Source of the DNA: Candidatus Latescibacterota bacterium
Lineage (GTDB): Bacteria > Latescibacterota > UBA2968 > UBA8231
Assembly (NCBI GenBank): GCA_965200315.1
Contig: OZ241362.1
Span: 4,800,001 to 4,864,000, forward strand
Reading direction: 5' to 3'
Length of the DNA stretch: 64,000 nt
The notes under the pieces were generated by a model. It did not search any database. It was not told where the DNA came from and worked only from the letters and a program-made list of their open reading frames with translations. Position 1 is the stretch's first letter. Each line of letters begins with the position of its first letter. A program made the position numbers and the translations under genes. Below are positions 9,335 to 19,123 of the stretch, piece after piece.

Positions 9335-10495
9335 ATGGCACGAGATATCAAGATCACCCGCATCACTACGAAGCATTTCGACTACGAGATAGCCGATATG
9401 GAGCTAGAGGAGCGATTGGGCTTTGATACGGTCTATAGAAAAGGAGGTCGTCTGTCTCAGAGCGGCGGCTTCCTGACTATCGAGACCAGTGCCGGGGTCA
9501 GCGGCATCGCGCCCAACGGCATCGACGCCCGCACGGCGCGGTACTTGCTCGGCCGCAACCCGCTGGACCGCGAGATCATCTGGCACGATCTCAAGCGCTC
9601 GCGGCGCGGTCAAGACGGGACGCCACCCGGCGCGGCAGATGAGGCGCTGTGGGATTTTGCTGGCAAACTCTACGACGCGCCGATCTACGAGCTTTTGGGC
9701 GGGGGCTGGCGCAAGAAATTGCCAGCCTACGCCTCGACCTACCACGGCGACGAAAACGGCGGTTTGACGACGCCGGACGACTTCGCGCAATTTGCGCTGC
9801 GCTGCAAGGAGCAATACGGCTACCCGGCGTTTAAGATTCACGGCTGGGTCAATGGGCCGATTGACCGCGAGGTGGCGGCCGTGTTAGCCATCCGTGCGGC
9901 GGTGGGTGACGATATGGATTTGTTACTCGATCCGGCCGGTTGTTTTCCCACGTTTGAGGATGTGCTCAAGGTGGGTCGCGCCTGCGACGAGGCGCGCTAT
10001 ATGTGGTATGAAGATCCGTTTAGGGGCGGCGGGTTTTCGCGCTTTGCTCACGTCAAGCTGCGCGAGCTGATCAAGACGCCGATGCTGATGGGCGAACACG
10101 TGCGCGGGCTGGAGGCCAAGGCCGATACGATTACCGCCGGTGCCACCGACTTTGTGCGAGCCAATAGCAGCGTCGATGGCGGCATTACCGGGGTGATGAA
10201 GATCGCCGCTATGGCTGAGTCGCATGGGCTGGACGTGGAGTTACACGGCGGCGGCCTGGCGCATCGCCACATCATGGCGACCTTGCGCAATGCCAACTAT
10301 TACGAGTTGGGTTTGGTGCATCCTTTGGTCAACGATACCAAGCCGGCGGTTTACAGCGAGAGGCGCTGGCGCGACGAGTTGGATTCGGTGGACGAGAACG
10401 GCTGTGTGGAAGTGCCGGAGGGGCCGGGGTTGGGCGTGGAGGTGGACTGGGATTGGATCGAGGATCACAAGACCGGGGAGATGGTTTACGAGTAG
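9335..10495 (+). CDS. Mandelate racemase/muconate lactonizing (enolase superfamily) protein
   Basis: 'ALWDFAGK...PIYELLGG', 'LLLDP', 'WYEDP', 'MGEH', 'GGITG..KIA..AE' and 'PEGPGLGVEVDWD'. Confidence 0.9.
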   Translation: MARDIKITRITTKHFDYEIADMELEERLGFDTVYRKGGRLSQSGGFLTIETSAGVSGIAPNGIDARTARYLLGRNPLDREIIWHDLKRSRRGQDGTPPGAADEALWDFAGKLYDAPIYELLGGGWRKKLPAYASTYHGDENGGLTTPDDFAQFALRCKEQYGYPAFKIHGWVNGPIDREVAAVLAIRAAVGDDMDLLLDPAGCFPTFEDVLKVGRACDEARYMWYEDPFRGGGFSRFAHVKLRELIKTPMLMGEHVRGLEAKADTITAGATDFVRANSSVDGGITGVMKIAAMAESHGLDVELHGGGLAHRHIMATLRNANYYELGLVHPLVNDTKPAVYSERRWRDELDSVDENGCVEVPEGPGLGVEVDWDWIEDHKTGEMVYE

Positions 10496-10512
10496 CGCGG
10501 GTGGCGTAATAA

Positions 10513-10526
10513 CCCGATGCGAGAAA
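10513..10526 (+). repeat. 14-bp direct repeat CCCGATGCGAGAAA (second copy at 12577-12590) flanking the ATPase cassette
   Basis: Exact match seen at both positions. Confidence 0.55.
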
Positions 10527-10621
10527 TGCCGGTATCGACGATATTTTGTTGGGCAAGCAACCGCTGAAGACGATATAGCTCTGTATGGGAATACTTATGG
10601 AGAATCTCAAGGAAGGGACGT

Positions 10622-11956
10622 ATGGACCTTGAGTTGAAAATTGAGAATTTTGGGCCAATCGACGAGGCGAATATCCAAGTTGGTCCGTTTACGGTATTCG
10701 CTGGGCCGAACAACACGGGCAAGACGTTCGTGGCGAAGATGCTCTATTCGATTATTCGTGCGAGGGACGCGAATCATGCGCTAGTATTTTTTGATGAGAC
10801 AGCCCGTCTCATAGAATCGGAGTTGCAACTTGCCGCGCTGAGCGGTCGAGTGGTAGGAGAAAGCCCCTTGTCCGCAATCAGACGGGGACTCCAAAAGATC
10901 GAATCTATTCTACGAGAGGCGTTCCCAAGTTATCCGCTCCAGAATGAACTTGACAAGCTCAATGCAGTGCAGCCTGAATTGATGGCTGCAGTCGAGGAGA
11001 TAAAGGTACATTTCCAAACTTTTAAAAACAGTGTTGGAAAGAAAGAAGAAGGGGACCCTTTTGGGGAATTATATATAGACATTCTAGAAGAATTCTTTAG
11101 GGATATGGTATCGGTGATTGAGTTGGGATGGAAGATCAAGGTTATACAAAACGCATGTAGGAATTTCCAAGCGTTTAGTATTTCACATCTCAAAAGGAGC
11201 GACGATTCCTACTTGTGTTTCAGCGTCGAAGAAGTGGGGAAATTACAGGAAAAAGAGGGTTCTTTTGAGTTTACTTTTTATCGGCAAATCATTCAGAATA
11301 TGCGGTCGTTTCCTGAGTCCTTCTATTTAGAGTCTCCATTCTATTGGAAACTGAAAAGTGCTTTGGAGTCGATTAAGCTCGATTCACACTATCCTTTCGG
11401 GAAGTCTTTGAACGGCGTCCCAGCTTACTTCTACGATATGGCCGTTGCCCTCAGAAGGAGGCGGATCGAACATCCTTTCTCTGGAATACACAAAAGTCTG
11501 CACGCTGCCATGGGCGGAAAGATTTCGTTGAGTGAAGCGGGCGATCTTGAATTTCAACAAAAAGGCAAGTCGATTCCGCTCTCTCTCACGTCGGCGGGGG
11601 TTGCAAATATGGGAATGCTGGCCTTGCTGATTGAGCGAGGGGCTTTAGAGCGAGGGTCTTTCCTTTTTATCGATGAACCCGAATCGAATCTTCATCCGGC
11701 TTGGCAAGTTGAGATGGCAGAGTTTCTCTTTGAGTTGGCCCGTCAAGGAGTCAATGTGGTGATCTCTACCCATAGCATGACAATCCTCAAGTGGCTTGAG
11801 GTACATGTAAAGGAAAAACCTGAAGACCGGGAACTCGTTAGGTTGAATAAGTTTCCGCCGGATGCTGAATGGAATGACGACATGGACGCGGTGATGGCAG
11901 AAGTCAAACAGTCATTGACTAAGCCGTTCTCTGATCTCTACATCAAAGGGCTGTAG
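10622..11956 (+). CDS. ABC-type AAA ATPase (AAA_15/AAA_21, AbiEii/OLD-like)
   Basis: 'IENFGPI', Walker A 'GPNNTGKT', 'SAG', Walker B 'FIDEPESNLHP' and H-loop 'STHS'; AT-richer than the flanks. Confidence 0.9.
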   Translation: MDLELKIENFGPIDEANIQVGPFTVFAGPNNTGKTFVAKMLYSIIRARDANHALVFFDETARLIESELQLAALSGRVVGESPLSAIRRGLQKIESILREAFPSYPLQNELDKLNAVQPELMAAVEEIKVHFQTFKNSVGKKEEGDPFGELYIDILEEFFRDMVSVIELGWKIKVIQNACRNFQAFSISHLKRSDDSYLCFSVEEVGKLQEKEGSFEFTFYRQIIQNMRSFPESFYLESPFYWKLKSALESIKLDSHYPFGKSLNGVPAYFYDMAVALRRRRIEHPFSGIHKSLHAAMGGKISLSEAGDLEFQQKGKSIPLSLTSAGVANMGMLALLIERGALERGSFLFIDEPESNLHPAWQVEMAEFLFELARQGVNVVISTHSMTILKWLEVHVKEKPEDRELVRLNKFPPDAEWNDDMDAVMAEVKQSLTKPFSDLYIKGL

Positions 11957-11957
11957 A

Positions 11958-12512
11958 ATGCCCTTATCCCAATTCGCCGAGCCAATAGAGTCTGTCGGCA
12001 GAGCCTTCAAAGCGTATCGGATGGACAGCACGATGAGAGAGTCCGACATGCGTCGCGCCGCCGGACTTGGGACATGCGAATGCTGCGACTATGTAACGGT
12101 TAGTAAGGATGAACAAAGCGTCGTTTTTATAGAGGAAACCGACTTAGAGCGGAAGATAATTGATTTCAAAGAAAAATATCATTACCTCAACCACAAAGAC
12201 CAAGTTGACTTGCTTTACGACGAAGTTCTTAAAGAGCATCGGCTCAAACTTTACGGGTCGATGTTGGTTCTGTGCCGCCTGTCTTGTTCGCAGAACGAGG
12301 TGAAAGCCTTTTTACCTGACGATGAGTTTCAGTTCTGGCTTGTAACGACCTCGGCTTCGTCGGACTCCGTTATACTGATGGACCATCTGACAGACAATTT
12401 GAGAGGTTTTCTCAAAAGTCCATTAACCAAAGAGATGATGAATGTGGTCGATATTATTCCGTCAACTAAGCTGGCCAAAAAACTATTGAAAGAAGCCGTT
12501 GACATAGACTGA
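11958..12512 (+). CDS. Hypothetical partner of the ATPase, possibly a degenerate PD-(D/E)xK fold
   Basis: Starts 1 bp after the ATPase stop; 'CCDYV...VVFIEETD...K' pattern. Confidence 0.65.
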   Translation: MPLSQFAEPIESVGRAFKAYRMDSTMRESDMRRAAGLGTCECCDYVTVSKDEQSVVFIEETDLERKIIDFKEKYHYLNHKDQVDLLYDEVLKEHRLKLYGSMLVLCRLSCSQNEVKAFLPDDEFQFWLVTTSASSDSVILMDHLTDNLRGFLKSPLTKEMMNVVDIIPSTKLAKKLLKEAVDID

Positions 12513-12549
12513 ATTTTCTCGAACTGCATTCCACCCACTTCTGTTGGCG

Positions 12550-12752
12550 GGAACTCATGCAGAGTACGATAACATTCCCGATGCGAGAAAGGCATGACCG
12601 TGCGCCGCTTAGAGCCTATTCGCACTGAAGCTAATCACGAATGGGCTATGGCCCGTATTGATGAACTGTGGGGGTCTCCCAAAGGCACTCCACAGGGGGA
12701 AGAATTAAAAGCCTTATTCCTGCTGAGTTCGCTATGGACCAAGCAGGGCTGA
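12550..12752 (+). pseudogene. Relic higBA toxin-antitoxin fragment
   Basis: 12550-12597 encodes GTHAEYDNIPDARKA* (HigB C-terminal signature). It overlaps by ATGA with 12594-12752, 'MTVRRLEPIRTEANHEWAMARIDELWGSPKGTPQGEEL', a HigA N-terminus that stops before the HTH. Confidence 0.7.
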
Positions 12753-12771
12753 CCTCAAAGGATGTGGAATA

Positions 12772-15669
12772 GTGAATGTCCAGACCTCCCGAACTAGCGA
12801 AATCGCCTTTAATGTCCGGCTTTGGGATGTGCTACAGACCAAGCATCCGCGTTGGCGCGATCATACCGGCGTGGAGCAACAGGGCGTCCTCCGCGAGAGG
12901 GCACTGCAGCCGGATATCGTCATTCGTCCGCCGGGCGGCATTCCGGTCGTCTTGGAGACGGAGTTTATGCCGGCACGCAGTGTCGAAGCGGATGCTCAAG
13001 CCCGCTTGGGGCAATTTTTGCAGTACAACGGCGATCGGATCGAACAGACTATCGCCGTCCGAATTCCGCAAGAACTGCGGGAGGTGCCCCAAGCCGATTT
13101 AGATCGGCACATTGCGGCGGCCGAGTTCCGCTATTGCACGTATTCGCTGCAAGAAGGGCGTTGGCCGGCCAGCGGCTGGCTCGTCGGCCGCATCGACGAT
13201 CTGGCTAGCTGCATTGAAAACGTCTCGCTGTCCGAGCGGCTACTCGCCGAGGGAACGCAAATTCTGGAGCAGAGTATTGGCGAGGCCGCTGGTAAGTTGC
13301 GCGAAACGGCTGGCATCCATGCGCTGGAGAATATGGCGCAGTCCCTCCACCAAGAGGATGGCGAGCAAACTTCACGCATGGCCATGGCCATCGTCGCTAA
13401 TGCGCTCGTTTTTCACACCGCTATTGTTGAAGCGCACGAGATTCCCACCATCGACCAATTGCGTATTCCGGGGCGCAACGACGTCAGCAAGAGCCGGTTG
13501 CTTGAATGCTGGCAGCATATCCTCGACAACATCAACTACTATCCGATCTTTCGCATTGCCTCCGATTTGCTCTTGCCGATCCCCGATGGCCCGGCAAATG
13601 CGGTCCTCAATCGCCTCGCGCAGGCGGCCAGCGACCTAGCAGGATTGGGGGCGACCACCTTGCACGACCTGTCTGGGCGCATGTTCCAACGGCTGATTGC
13701 CGACCGCAAGTTCCTCGCCACGTTTTACACGCTGCCGACCTCGGCGGCCCTGTTGGCTGAATTGGCAGTATCGCGGATCGACGCGGATTGGAGCGATGCG
13801 GACGCGCTCACCAGTCTCCAAGTCGCCGACCTTGCCTGCGGCACGGGTGCTCTAATTTCGGCGGCATATCGCGCTCTAGCAGTGCGCTATCGGCGGACTG
13901 GCGGCGACGATCAGGCGCTGCATCAGCCGATGATGGAACGCGCCCTTATCGCAGCGGACATTATGCCGGCCGCCACGCACCTTACCGCGTCCATGCTGTC
14001 GAGCGCCCATCCGGGGACGACTTTTGGCCGCACCCGCGTTCACACCTTGCCCTACGGACAGCAGAGTCAGGAAAAGCGGCATACGATGGCGTTGGGGGCA
14101 CTTGACTTGATTGAGGATGACGCGGCGCCGTCGCTGTTTGGCACTGGTGCCACAGTGGCGCACGGCACGGGCGAGGACGTGGAAACCGAGGGGAGCCAAG
14201 ATATGATCCTTCCCCGCGAAACGGCTGATCTGGTGATTATGAATCCGCCGTTTACGAGACCGACGAACCACGAGAAGGCCGAGGTGTCCGTGCCGTCATT
14301 TGCTGGGTTGGGCAAAAGTGGTGATGAACAGCAGGCCATGGCTAAACGACTCGCTGAAATCCGTCGGCGGTTAGCCAATCCAGTCGGTCATGGCAACGCC
14401 GGGCTAGCTTCTAATTTTATCGATCTAGGACATGTCAAGCTCAAGCCGGGCGGCGTCCTCGCGCTAGTGCTCCCGGCGTCGTGCGTGAGCGGCGGTTCTT
14501 GGGAGGACGTCCGTCGATTGTTGGAACGCGAGTACGAAGACTTGACCGTGCTGACCATTGCGGCCCACGGCGATACCGACCGGGCGTTTTCGGCCGATAC
14601 CGGCATGGCCGAGGCTCTCGTGGTGGCTACCAAGAAACACACCGGCCGAGCGGGATGCGCTGAAACGCTATTCGTCAATCTTCGCCATCGGCCGCGCAGC
14701 CTCGCGGAAGCCTTTGAGGTAGCGCGGGCGGTGAGGCACATTGCTCCCCAAGCTCGGCAAGGGCGGCTCTACGTGGGCGACCACGAGGCTATCGGCACGT
14801 TCATCCGCGCTCCTTTGAGCCAAGGCGGTTGCGCGTCCCTCCGCGAAACCACACTTGCCGACGCGGCCCTTGGATTATTGGAACAAACGCTCCGGCTGCC
14901 CCGAGGCTACTCCGCTCCGCTTGCCACGACTTGCCTCGGGGCTATTGGCGAGAAGGGGCTACTCCACCGCGACATTTCCGGAAAGACCAGCAATGGCGCA
15001 CCGCGAGGCCCGTTTGACATCGTGCCCATTCAGGGCATACCACAGTATCCGGCTTTGTGGGGTCACGACGCACCGCGTGAACGAAGTCTCGTCGTCCAGC
15101 CCGATAGCGAAGGCGAGGTGCGCCCCGGCTGCGACGCTCACGCCGTATCCGTCTGGAAGCGCACGGCATCGCGGCTGCACTTCAATCTCGATTTTCGGAT
15201 CAACTCGCAAAGCCTCACCGCTTGCCTCACGCCAGCCAAAGCGATTGGCGGCACAGCGTGGCCCAACTTCATTCCGTCTCAAGACGAGTGGATTCTACCT
15301 CTCGTCCTGTGGGCCAACACAACATTGGGACTCCTCACCTTCTGGTGGATCGGAACTCGGCAGCAACAAGGCCGCGCACGGCTCACGATCACTCAATTGC
15401 CCCGCCTGACGGTCTTGGACCCGCGTTCTCTCAGCCAAGAGCAGCTAGCCCACGCCGAAGAAATTTTTGCAACATTTAAGGGCGCGGAATTCCTGCCTGC
15501 CAATGAGGCGTATCGGGACGACGCTCGCCAAGCTCTCGACCGCGCCGTCTTGGTGGACCTGCTGCATCTTCCCCAAGCAGCCCTTGAACCGCTCGCCATT
15601 TTGCGCGACCAATGGTGCGCCGAGCCAAGCGTCCACGGCGGCAAGAAGACGCGGATTGATAACAGTTGA
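12772..15669 (+). CDS. Type IIG-like restriction-modification fusion (endonuclease + N6-adenine MTase + target recognition)
   Basis: N-terminal 'QPDIVI...VVLETEF', motif I 'ADLACGTGAL', motif IV 'VIMNPPF', 'LKPGGVLALVLP'; 965 aa. Confidence 0.8.
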   Translation: MNVQTSRTSEIAFNVRLWDVLQTKHPRWRDHTGVEQQGVLRERALQPDIVIRPPGGIPVVLETEFMPARSVEADAQARLGQFLQYNGDRIEQTIAVRIPQELREVPQADLDRHIAAAEFRYCTYSLQEGRWPASGWLVGRIDDLASCIENVSLSERLLAEGTQILEQSIGEAAGKLRETAGIHALENMAQSLHQEDGEQTSRMAMAIVANALVFHTAIVEAHEIPTIDQLRIPGRNDVSKSRLLECWQHILDNINYYPIFRIASDLLLPIPDGPANAVLNRLAQAASDLAGLGATTLHDLSGRMFQRLIADRKFLATFYTLPTSAALLAELAVSRIDADWSDADALTSLQVADLACGTGALISAAYRALAVRYRRTGGDDQALHQPMMERALIAADIMPAATHLTASMLSSAHPGTTFGRTRVHTLPYGQQSQEKRHTMALGALDLIEDDAAPSLFGTGATVAHGTGEDVETEGSQDMILPRETADLVIMNPPFTRPTNHEKAEVSVPSFAGLGKSGDEQQAMAKRLAEIRRRLANPVGHGNAGLASNFIDLGHVKLKPGGVLALVLPASCVSGGSWEDVRRLLEREYEDLTVLTIAAHGDTDRAFSADTGMAEALVVATKKHTGRAGCAETLFVNLRHRPRSLAEAFEVARAVRHIAPQARQGRLYVGDHEAIGTFIRAPLSQGGCASLRETTLADAALGLLEQTLRLPRGYSAPLATTCLGAIGEKGLLHRDISGKTSNGAPRGPFDIVPIQGIPQYPALWGHDAPRERSLVVQPDSEGEVRPGCDAHAVSVWKRTASRLHFNLDFRINSQSLTACLTPAKAIGGTAWPNFIPSQDEWILPLVLWANTTLGLLTFWWIGTRQQQGRARLTITQLPRLTVLDPRSLSQEQLAHAEEIFATFKGAEFLPANEAYRDDARQALDRAVLVDLLHLPQAALEPLAILRDQWCAEPSVHGGKKTRIDNS

Positions 15670-15680
15670 GGGAGAAAAAA

Positions 15681-16346
15681 ATGATTGATCTGAGCAAGTA
15701 CCGCATTATCGACCTGTCGCACGAGATGATTCCCGGAGAGCAGAAAATCGACGGGCACTACCTGCACGGCGAGCCCTTTTTCGGCCGCTCGGTGGAGGTG
15801 CAGGAGTTTATGGCCTACGGGGCTCGGATGCACTTCATTCAGAGCCAGACGCACAATGGCACACACTGCGAAGGGGCCTACAAATACCTCGATGAAGGGC
15901 CGGACATGGCTCGCATGCCGTTGGCATCCTACATCGGCGAAGCCGTGGTCTGCGATTTGTCGCACAAAGGGATAGGAGAGGGAATCCGCGCCGACGAATT
16001 TCGCCGGGCAGGGGTGCAAAGCGGCGATATTGTGCTGGTGCGCACCAACCCCGAACACAGTGGAGAGCTACCCTACTTTGAGGCCGAAGTGCTGGATTTC
16101 TTTATTGAAACGCGGATCAAGTTGCTGGCCTCGGGCGGCAATTTGTACTACGGTCCATCCACGGTGCCCAACGCCCACATCGATGCCGAGCGTCGGCTGC
16201 TGCAAGAGGGCATTCCCATGGTGGACGCTCTCTTGGGATTGGATCAACTCACAAAGGATCGCGTCTTCTTCATCGCTCTGCCGCTCAAGATGCAGCGGGT
16301 CACAGCTAGTTGGACCCGAGCCATTGCCTTAGAAGAGATCGACTGA
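15681..16346 (+). CDS. Cyclase family (kynurenine formamidase-like) metal-dependent hydrolase
   Basis: 'IIDLSH', 'THNGTHCE', 'IGEAVVCDL', 'GDIVLVRT' and 'FIALPLK...RAIA'. Confidence 0.85.
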   Translation: MIDLSKYRIIDLSHEMIPGEQKIDGHYLHGEPFFGRSVEVQEFMAYGARMHFIQSQTHNGTHCEGAYKYLDEGPDMARMPLASYIGEAVVCDLSHKGIGEGIRADEFRRAGVQSGDIVLVRTNPEHSGELPYFEAEVLDFFIETRIKLLASGGNLYYGPSTVPNAHIDAERRLLQEGIPMVDALLGLDQLTKDRVFFIALPLKMQRVTASWTRAIALEEID

Positions 16347-16350
16347 GTAC

Positions 16351-17208
16351 TCAGCTCAGCGCGACGACTTCTTGTTTGACGATTTCCTTGGTGTGGGTAA
16401 AGGAGGCGGGTGCGGCTAGTTCCAAGGTCTCCGGCGAAAGCCGGGCCTTGACCTCCGGGGAGAACCGGTCCAGACCGCCGCGCACGCTTTCGTGCTGCTG
16501 CATGTAGCGCAGAGTGAGAAAGCGGCGATCGCGGTCTTGGGGCACCCAAGAGAGTGCGCCGTGGGTGACCAACTCGGAGATGATGACCACATCGCCGGCC
16601 TTGGGCGTTACATTGAACACGCCCTCGGGCACTTCGGTGCTGAAGAATTCCTCGTTGTACCCACCATCTGCCGTATAGCTTTCGGGATAGAAAAACGACC
16701 GCGGACAGTCGAAGTGGCTCTTGTGGCTACAAGGGAGAATAATAAGCCCGCCGTCGCCGGGATGGACGTCGGTTAGGTAGAAGAAGAAGACTAGGTCATT
16801 GCACTGGACTTTGCCGCCGATTGTGCTGTAGCGTCCCTGCTCTGGATTGAGGGCTGGTCCCCCGGGTACGCCCGCATGCAGGGGATGGAAGGGCTTGCCG
16901 TGGACATCGACCATCAGGTTGCCGCTGGTCAGGCGCGGCCGATCGTCGGTCAACTCCTTGAGGATGGGCCAAGTTTGGGGGTGTAGGGCCAGTGCTTCAA
17001 GGGCCTTGTCAAAGGCGAAGGCATTGATGTACCAGTTGAAATGCTCGCGCCCGAGATTGATTGCGAGGCCGTCGGGCACCTCCTCCGGGGGCGTGTCAAT
17101 GTAGCGCTGAGCCGCGCTTTGGGCTGCTTTTAATTCCGCTCCTTGCAACACGCCTTGGAGGTGGAGGTAGCCGGTCAGGTCAAAAAAGTAGCGCTGTTCG
17201 GGGGTCAT
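16351..17208 (-). CDS. Phytanoyl-CoA dioxygenase (PhyH) family Fe(II)/2OG enzyme
   Basis: Start MTPEQRYFFDLTGYL; 'YLTDV.PGDGGL...P.SHK', 'KAGDVVI..E..THG' and 'DRR.L.LRY'. Confidence 0.85.
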   Translation of the reverse strand: MTPEQRYFFDLTGYLHLQGVLQGAELKAAQSAAQRYIDTPPEEVPDGLAINLGREHFNWYINAFAFDKALEALALHPQTWPILKELTDDRPRLTSGNLMVDVHGKPFHPLHAGVPGGPALNPEQGRYSTIGGKVQCNDLVFFFYLTDVHPGDGGLIILPCSHKSHFDCPRSFFYPESYTADGGYNEEFFSTEVPEGVFNVTPKAGDVVIISELVTHGALSWVPQDRDRRFLTLRYMQQHESVRGGLDRFSPEVKARLSPETLELAAPASFTHTKEIVKQEVVALS

Positions 17209-17337
17209 GCCGCACCTCTTTGTGCAACGATTTGGAAGGAATAGAGCCGGCTCTGGCGCAAGCTGAAATGCAGGCCCACCGGCTCCTTGATCTCTGCCAG
17301 TGTGCGGCCATTGCGCCACTGGACTTCGTGGGTTTTC

Positions 17338-17390
17338 CACTTTCCCTCAAAAACTAAAATTTGTTTCTTAATATTGCTTAGTTTGTGTTC
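17338..17390. repeat. Imperfect ~50-bp direct repeat (second copy at about 17939-17989) flanking the VOC gene
   Basis: CACTTTCCCTCAAAAACTAAAATTTGTTTCTTAATATTGCTTAGTTTGTGTTC versus CACTTCCTCAAAACCTAAAATTTTTCCCTTAATAAGGCAAGGATTATGTTC. Confidence 0.55.
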
Positions 17391-17478
17391 TTTACGGTGC
17401 GCGATTTGTTAAATGATCTCTATCGGTCCGCAAAGGAACGGTTTGCTCTACAAAAATGCTGAGAATAATGAACCGACC

Positions 17479-17877
17479 TCACTCAATTTCTACGATCTGA
17501 ATATTGTTTCCGCAAGTATCATCGAAAATAGCAAAAATTGTTGTTCCTATATCAGTAGGTTCTACACTGAATTCGACTCCAAGGTTGATTAATCGCTCAT
17601 GTTCTTCCTGAACGTTTTCCACATTGAATTGGGTATATGGAAGCCCTGCATCAAATAAAGCTTTTTGATACGTTTTGGCGGGTCCAAAATGATTATCAGA
17701 TAATGGTTCTAACAAAAGTTCAGGCCCGTCTTGTTCTTCTTTTGATACTACTGTAAGCCATCTGTCACCATTTTCTAAGGGAATGTCCGTCTTCTTAACA
17801 AATCCCAACTTTTCAGTATAAAATTTTAACGCACTTTCCTGATCTTGAACAAAAATAGTGGTTATTCTAATTTTCAT
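17479..17877 (-). CDS. VOC family (glyoxalase/bleomycin resistance) protein
   Basis: 'IFVQDQESALKFYTEKLGF', 'RWLTVVS', 'ELLLEP' and 'AIFDDTCGNNIQI'; strongly AT-rich. Confidence 0.9.
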   Translation of the reverse strand: MKIRITTIFVQDQESALKFYTEKLGFVKKTDIPLENGDRWLTVVSKEEQDGPELLLEPLSDNHFGPAKTYQKALFDAGLPYTQFNVENVQEEHERLINLGVEFSVEPTDIGTTIFAIFDDTCGNNIQIVEIE

Positions 17878-18125
17878 AATGTTATTTACCTCGAATTCGC
17901 CCAAGGAAGCAAACACGGCATTTTTCCCAGCCTTCCTTCACTTCCTCAAAACCTAAAATTTTTCCCTTAATAAGGCAAGGATTATGTTCACCATCTCCAC
18001 GCTTTTTGAAACAATAATAGACTTACGTTTGAAACGTCCGAACCCATGCCGCATGAGGCAATTGCGAAACTGTCCTATGGATCAACTATCGACGATGGGG
18101 GGCAGGCGTTCGACCAGCAGTTCGT

Positions 18126-18980
18126 TCATGTCAATTCTACTGTATCGCGCGTGGTGATTTCCTTGCGGTCGTTGAAGTCGCGCACGGCGATCAACTCCAA
18201 GGTTTCTGGCGACAATTGGGCCTTGACGCCGTCGGGCAAGGAGTCGGAGGGACCGATGTGCTGCACACCGTAGCGCAGGGTGAGAAAGCGGCGGTCCCGG
18301 TCTTTGGGCTCCCAGGAGAGCGCGCCGTGGGTGAGGTGTTCGGACATGATGACTACGTCGCCAGCTCTAGGCGTAAAATTGGTCACTCCTTCGGGCACTT
18401 CAGTGCTGAAATAATCGTCGTTGTATCCCCCGTCGGCGGTGTAGCTTTCTGGATAGAAGTAGTGGAGTTCGCGCAGGAAATTGGCCTTGTGCGAGCCGGG
18501 CACCACGATGAGCCCGCCGTCGCCGGGGAAAACGTCGGACAGATAAAAGAAAAACACCAAGTCGTTGTTGTATATTTTGCCGTCTTTGACAAAACTGCGA
18601 CGCCAGCCCGGCCGGCCTTTGCGCAGGTCTGATTCGAGTCCCGAATGCAGGGGATGAAAGGGTTTGCCGTGGACATCGACCATCATATTGCCGCCGCCTA
18701 GCCGGGGTTTGCCGCCGGTCAGTTCGAGCAGGATGGGCCAGGTTTGGGGGTGCATCGTCAGCCGTTCGAGGGCCTTGTCAAAGGCGAAGGCGTGGAGATA
18801 CCAGTTGAAGTGCTCGCGGTTGAGGTTGATGTGAAAGCCCTCTGGTAGCTGATCCGGCGGCGTGTCGATGTAGCGCTGGGCCGCGTCTTGGGCGGGGCGG
18901 AGTTCGCTCTCACTCAGAACGCCGGGCAAATGGAGGTAACCGGTTAGATCGAAAAAATAGCGCTGTTCGGGGGTCATCAT
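18126..18980 (-). CDS. PhyH family Fe(II)/2OG enzyme, paralog of 16351-17208
   Basis: Start MMTPEQRYFFDLTGYL; long identical peptide blocks with the first copy. Confidence 0.85.
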   Translation of the reverse strand: MMTPEQRYFFDLTGYLHLPGVLSESELRPAQDAAQRYIDTPPDQLPEGFHINLNREHFNWYLHAFAFDKALERLTMHPQTWPILLELTGGKPRLGGGNMMVDVHGKPFHPLHSGLESDLRKGRPGWRRSFVKDGKIYNNDLVFFFYLSDVFPGDGGLIVVPGSHKANFLRELHYFYPESYTADGGYNDDYFSTEVPEGVTNFTPRAGDVVIMSEHLTHGALSWEPKDRDRRFLTLRYGVQHIGPSDSLPDGVKAQLSPETLELIAVRDFNDRKEITTRDTVELT

Positions 18981-19123
18981 TTCGTTTTCCTGTGCTCCTA
19001 GTGGCTGGCAGCTTATATTGACGGACGTAAGTATCACAAGTAACCAAATACGGCTCTGGACTTCAAGGGGTTGCAACTCAAAACGACCCTTGGCAGCCGG
19101 AGATTATCAGTAGGAGCCCGTTC

